Assembly (NCBI GenBank): GCA_036149055.1
Contig: JAYZQJ010000210.1
Coordinates: forward strand, 1 to 16,602
Length of the DNA stretch: 16,602 nucleotides
From: Myxococcota bacterium
GTDB lineage: Bacteria > Myxococcota_A > Polyangia > Polyangiales > Sandaracinaceae
Reading direction: 5' to 3'
In this document: piece by piece, positions 14,350 through 16,602 of the stretch
Layout: every line of letters starts with the position of its first letter
Numbering within the stretch: the first letter of the stretch is position 1
Position numbers and translations under genes: made by a program
Notes under the pieces: generated by a model
What the model was told of the DNA's origin: nothing
What the model saw: the letters and a program-made list of their open reading frames with translations, nothing else
Database searches by the model: none

Positions 14350-15345
14350 ATGCGGGCTCTCCGATCGCTTGGCGGGACTCTGGGTCTCGGGGTCTTGATT
14401 TGGGTGGGGCTGGTCGCCGTCGCGGCGGCGCAGACCCAGGATCAGCGCAACCGCGCGCGGCAGCTCTATGGGGAGGCGCAGGCGCTCTTCGAGTCGGGGC
14501 AGTACGCCCAGGCCGAGGCGTCGTTCCGCGCCGCCTATCAAGCGGTGCCGAACCCGGTCGTCCTGAAGGCGATCGCGGCCGCGCAGGAGCAGCAGGGGAA
14601 CATCCCCGGCGCGCTCGAGACGCTGCGGCAGTACCTCTCCGAGTCGCCCAACGCGGCCGACCGGGCGGAGGTGGAGGCGCGCGTCCGCGACCTCGAGAGC
14701 CGGCCGGCCACCGTCATGGTGGCGAGCACGCCCCCGGGCGCGTCGATCGTGGTCGACGGCACCGACACCGGGCAGGTGACGCCCGCCGACGTGCAGATGA
14801 CCGCCGGTGAGCACACCGTCGCGCTCCGGCTGCAGGGCTACGACGAGGCGACCCAGACCTTCGCGGCCCAGGCGGCGACGCGGGTCCGGCTCGAGATGAA
14901 CCTCACGCAGGCCACCGGCGGCGGCGCCGACGCGTTCGGCACCACCGGGGGCGACGGAGAGGGCGCGAGCGACGGCGACGGCGACGGCGACGGAGGCGGC
15001 TCCGCCGATCCCTCGGCCGGCGTCTGGGTCACCGCCGGCATCGCGGCCGCGGGCCTCATCAGCGGCACCGTCTTCGGCTTCCTCGCGCTCAGCGAGCAGA
15101 GCTCCTACGACAGCGATCCGCAGGCTGACACCGCGGACCGCGGAGAGGCGTTCGCGCTCGTCGCCGACATCAGCTTCGGCGTGGCGGCGGCGATGGCCAT
15201 CACCTCCATCGTCCTCTACATCGTCGAGCGCTCCGGCGGGGACTCCGACTCCGAGTCCGCCGACCTCGACCTGAACGTGTCCCCCTGGGTCGCCGCGCAC
15301 CCCGGCGGCCAGTCCGGCGGCGTCGCCGCGCAGCTTCGCTTCTAG
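14350..15345 (+). CDS. Signal-peptide TPR + PEGA protein with two C-terminal hydrophobic helices and a terminal Phe strand (331 aa)
   Basis: Signal peptide ending AAA|QTQ; TPR (ARQLYGEAQALFESGQYAQAEASFRAAY..); PEGA (VMVASTPPGASIVVDGTDTGQVTP..AGEHTVALRLQGY); Gly/Asp linker; GVWVTAGIAAAGLISGTVFGFLAL and ADISFGVAAAMAITSIVLYIV; ends VSPW..GGVAAQLRF. GTG 14344 is an alternative start. Confidence 0.92.
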   Translation: MRALRSLGGTLGLGVLIWVGLVAVAAAQTQDQRNRARQLYGEAQALFESGQYAQAEASFRAAYQAVPNPVVLKAIAAAQEQQGNIPGALETLRQYLSESPNAADRAEVEARVRDLESRPATVMVASTPPGASIVVDGTDTGQVTPADVQMTAGEHTVALRLQGYDEATQTFAAQAATRVRLEMNLTQATGGGADAFGTTGGDGEGASDGDGDGDGGGSADPSAGVWVTAGIAAAGLISGTVFGFLALSEQSSYDSDPQADTADRGEAFALVADISFGVAAAMAITSIVLYIVERSGGDSDSESADLDLNVSPWVAAHPGGQSGGVAAQLRF

Positions 15346-15354
15346 GAGAATCCC

Positions 15355-16602
15355 GTGGCCATCAAGAGCGAGATTCGAACCCTCCTGGCCGTCGTCGCCT
15401 CCCTGGCGCTCGCCGGCTGTCAGCTCGTCGTGAGCTTCGATCGCGACCGCCTCGACGGCGGCGACGAGCTCGACGCCCAGATGGACTCCAGCATGCCCGA
15501 CGGCGGCGACGGCGGCGTGATGCCGGAGTGCGGTGACGAGAACGTCGACGAGGGCGAGCAGTGCGACGACGGCGCGAACGGCGACGACGCCGACGGCTGC
15601 ACCGACCTCTGCGAGTTCACCTGCGAGACGGACGCCGAGTGTGACGACGACGACGGCGACATCTGCAACGGCGCCGGCGTCTGCGACACCGAGATGCACA
15701 CCTGCAGCGTCAGCATGGTCGAGCTCGACGACGGCACGTCCTGCGGGACGGCGGACGAGGTCTGCTTCATGGGCGGCTGCATCACCCCGATGTGCGGCAA
15801 CGGCACCAGGGAGCCCGGCGAGGCCTGTGACGACGGGAACATGGTCGACGACGACGGCTGCACGAGCCTGTGCGAGATCACGTGCACGATGGACTCCGAC
15901 TGCGACGACGGGGACTCGTGCAACGGGGTCGAGACCTGCGACACGTCGATGAACGTCTGCACCGACCCGGCCGACGAGCCCAACGGCACGCCGTGCTCGA
16001 GCGGCGGCGGCACGGTCTGCTTCCGGGCCATGTGCATCGCGCCGATGTGCGGTAACGGCACCGTCGAGCCCGGTGAGGACTGCGACGACAGCGGCGAGTC
16101 GGCCACGTGCAACGCGGACTGCAGCACCGCGATGTGCGGCGACGGCACCGTGAACACGATGGCCGGCGAGACCTGCGACGACTCGGGCGAGTCGGCGACC
16201 TGCGACGCGGACTGCACCGCGCCGATGTGTGGCGACGGGGTCGTCAACATGACGGCGGGCGAGGCCTGCGACGACAGCGGCGTGTCGGCGACGTGCGACG
16301 CGGACTGCACCGCGGCGATGTGCGGCGACGGGACCGTGAACATGATGGCCGGCGAGACGTGCGACGACTCTGGCGAGTCGGCGACCTGCGACGCGGACTG
16401 CACGGCGGTCATGTGCGGCGACGGCACGGTCAACACGACGGCCGGCGAGACGTGCGACGACTCGGGCGAGTCGGCGACGTGCGACGCGGACTGCACTGCG
16501 GTCATGTGCGGCGACGGCACGGTCAACACGACGGCCGGCGAGACGTGCGACGACTCTGGCGAGTCGGCGACGTGCGACGCGGACTGCACGGCGGTCATGT
16601 GC
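15355..16602 (+). CDS. Lipoprotein with Myxococcus-type cysteine-rich repeats (DUF4215-like), 3'-truncated by the window end
   Basis: Translated by hand, not in the ORF track. AGGAG then GTG 15355; MAIKSEIRTLLAVVASLALAG|C lipobox; CGDENVDEGEQCDDG..DGCTDLC, CGNGTREPGEACDDGN..DDGCTSLC, then repeated MCGDGTVNxxAGETCDDSGESATCDADCTA. Open frame for 416 codons with no stop. Confidence 0.93.
   Translation, partial: MAIKSEIRTLLAVVASLALAGCQLVVSFDRDRLDGGDELDAQMDSSMPDGGDGGVMPECGDENVDEGEQCDDGANGDDADGCTDLCEFTCETDAECDDDDGDICNGAGVCDTEMHTCSVSMVELDDGTSCGTADEVCFMGGCITPMCGNGTREPGEACDDGNMVDDDGCTSLCEITCTMDSDCDDGDSCNGVETCDTSMNVCTDPADEPNGTPCSSGGGTVCFRAMCIAPMCGNGTVEPGEDCDDSGESATCNADCSTAMCGDGTVNTMAGETCDDSGESATCDADCTAPMCGDGVVNMTAGEACDDSGVSATCDADCTAAMCGDGTVNMMAGETCDDSGESATCDADCTAVMCGDGTVNTTAGETCDDSGESATCDADCTAVMCGDGTVNTTAGETCDDSGESATCDADCTAVMC
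16045..16602 (+). repeat. Intragenic 93-bp (31-aa) tandem repeat: one 87-bp degenerate unit, five full units and the start of another
   Basis: Units begin atgtg(c/t)gg at 16045, 16132, 16225, 16318, 16411 and 16504; a further unit starts at 16597 and is cut off. Confidence 0.95.

Noticed and set aside
15420..16598. 392-aa minus-strand repeat ORF (SPHMTAVQSASHVADSPESS)
   Set aside because: Mirror of the plus-strand Cys-rich lipoprotein, which has an SD, a lipobox and recognisable repeats.
16045..16602. Possible CRISPR array
   Set aside because: Contiguous in-frame 93-bp coding units with codon-level variation, no unique spacers and no cas genes.

Overview
Very GC-rich bacterial DNA whose gene content (three Hanks-type Ser/Thr kinases, TPR-PEGA proteins, lipoproteins with myxobacterial Cys-rich repeats and DAG/DSG linkers) points to Myxococcota, probably Polyangiales/Sandaracinaceae-like; this is an inference. 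I call 16 CDSs. The middle holds the era-der GTPase pair, a stand-alone LigD polymerase domain, a kinase-receiver fusion, a divergent Lgt-family protein and a Cys-less FGE-fold protein. Both ends carry the same three-gene arrangement: Ser/Thr kinase, signal-peptide TPR+PEGA protein, then a closely coupled Cys-rich lipoprotein (142-4114 and 12363->16602). This recurring module is the best candidate for an uncharacterised envelope signalling or surface-display system. The last gene (15355->16602) is absent from the ORF track because it runs off the window inside a 93-bp tandem repeat. Several genes look leaderless. Most long ORFs in the track are high-GC shadow frames. Family names come from motif recognition, not from database searches.
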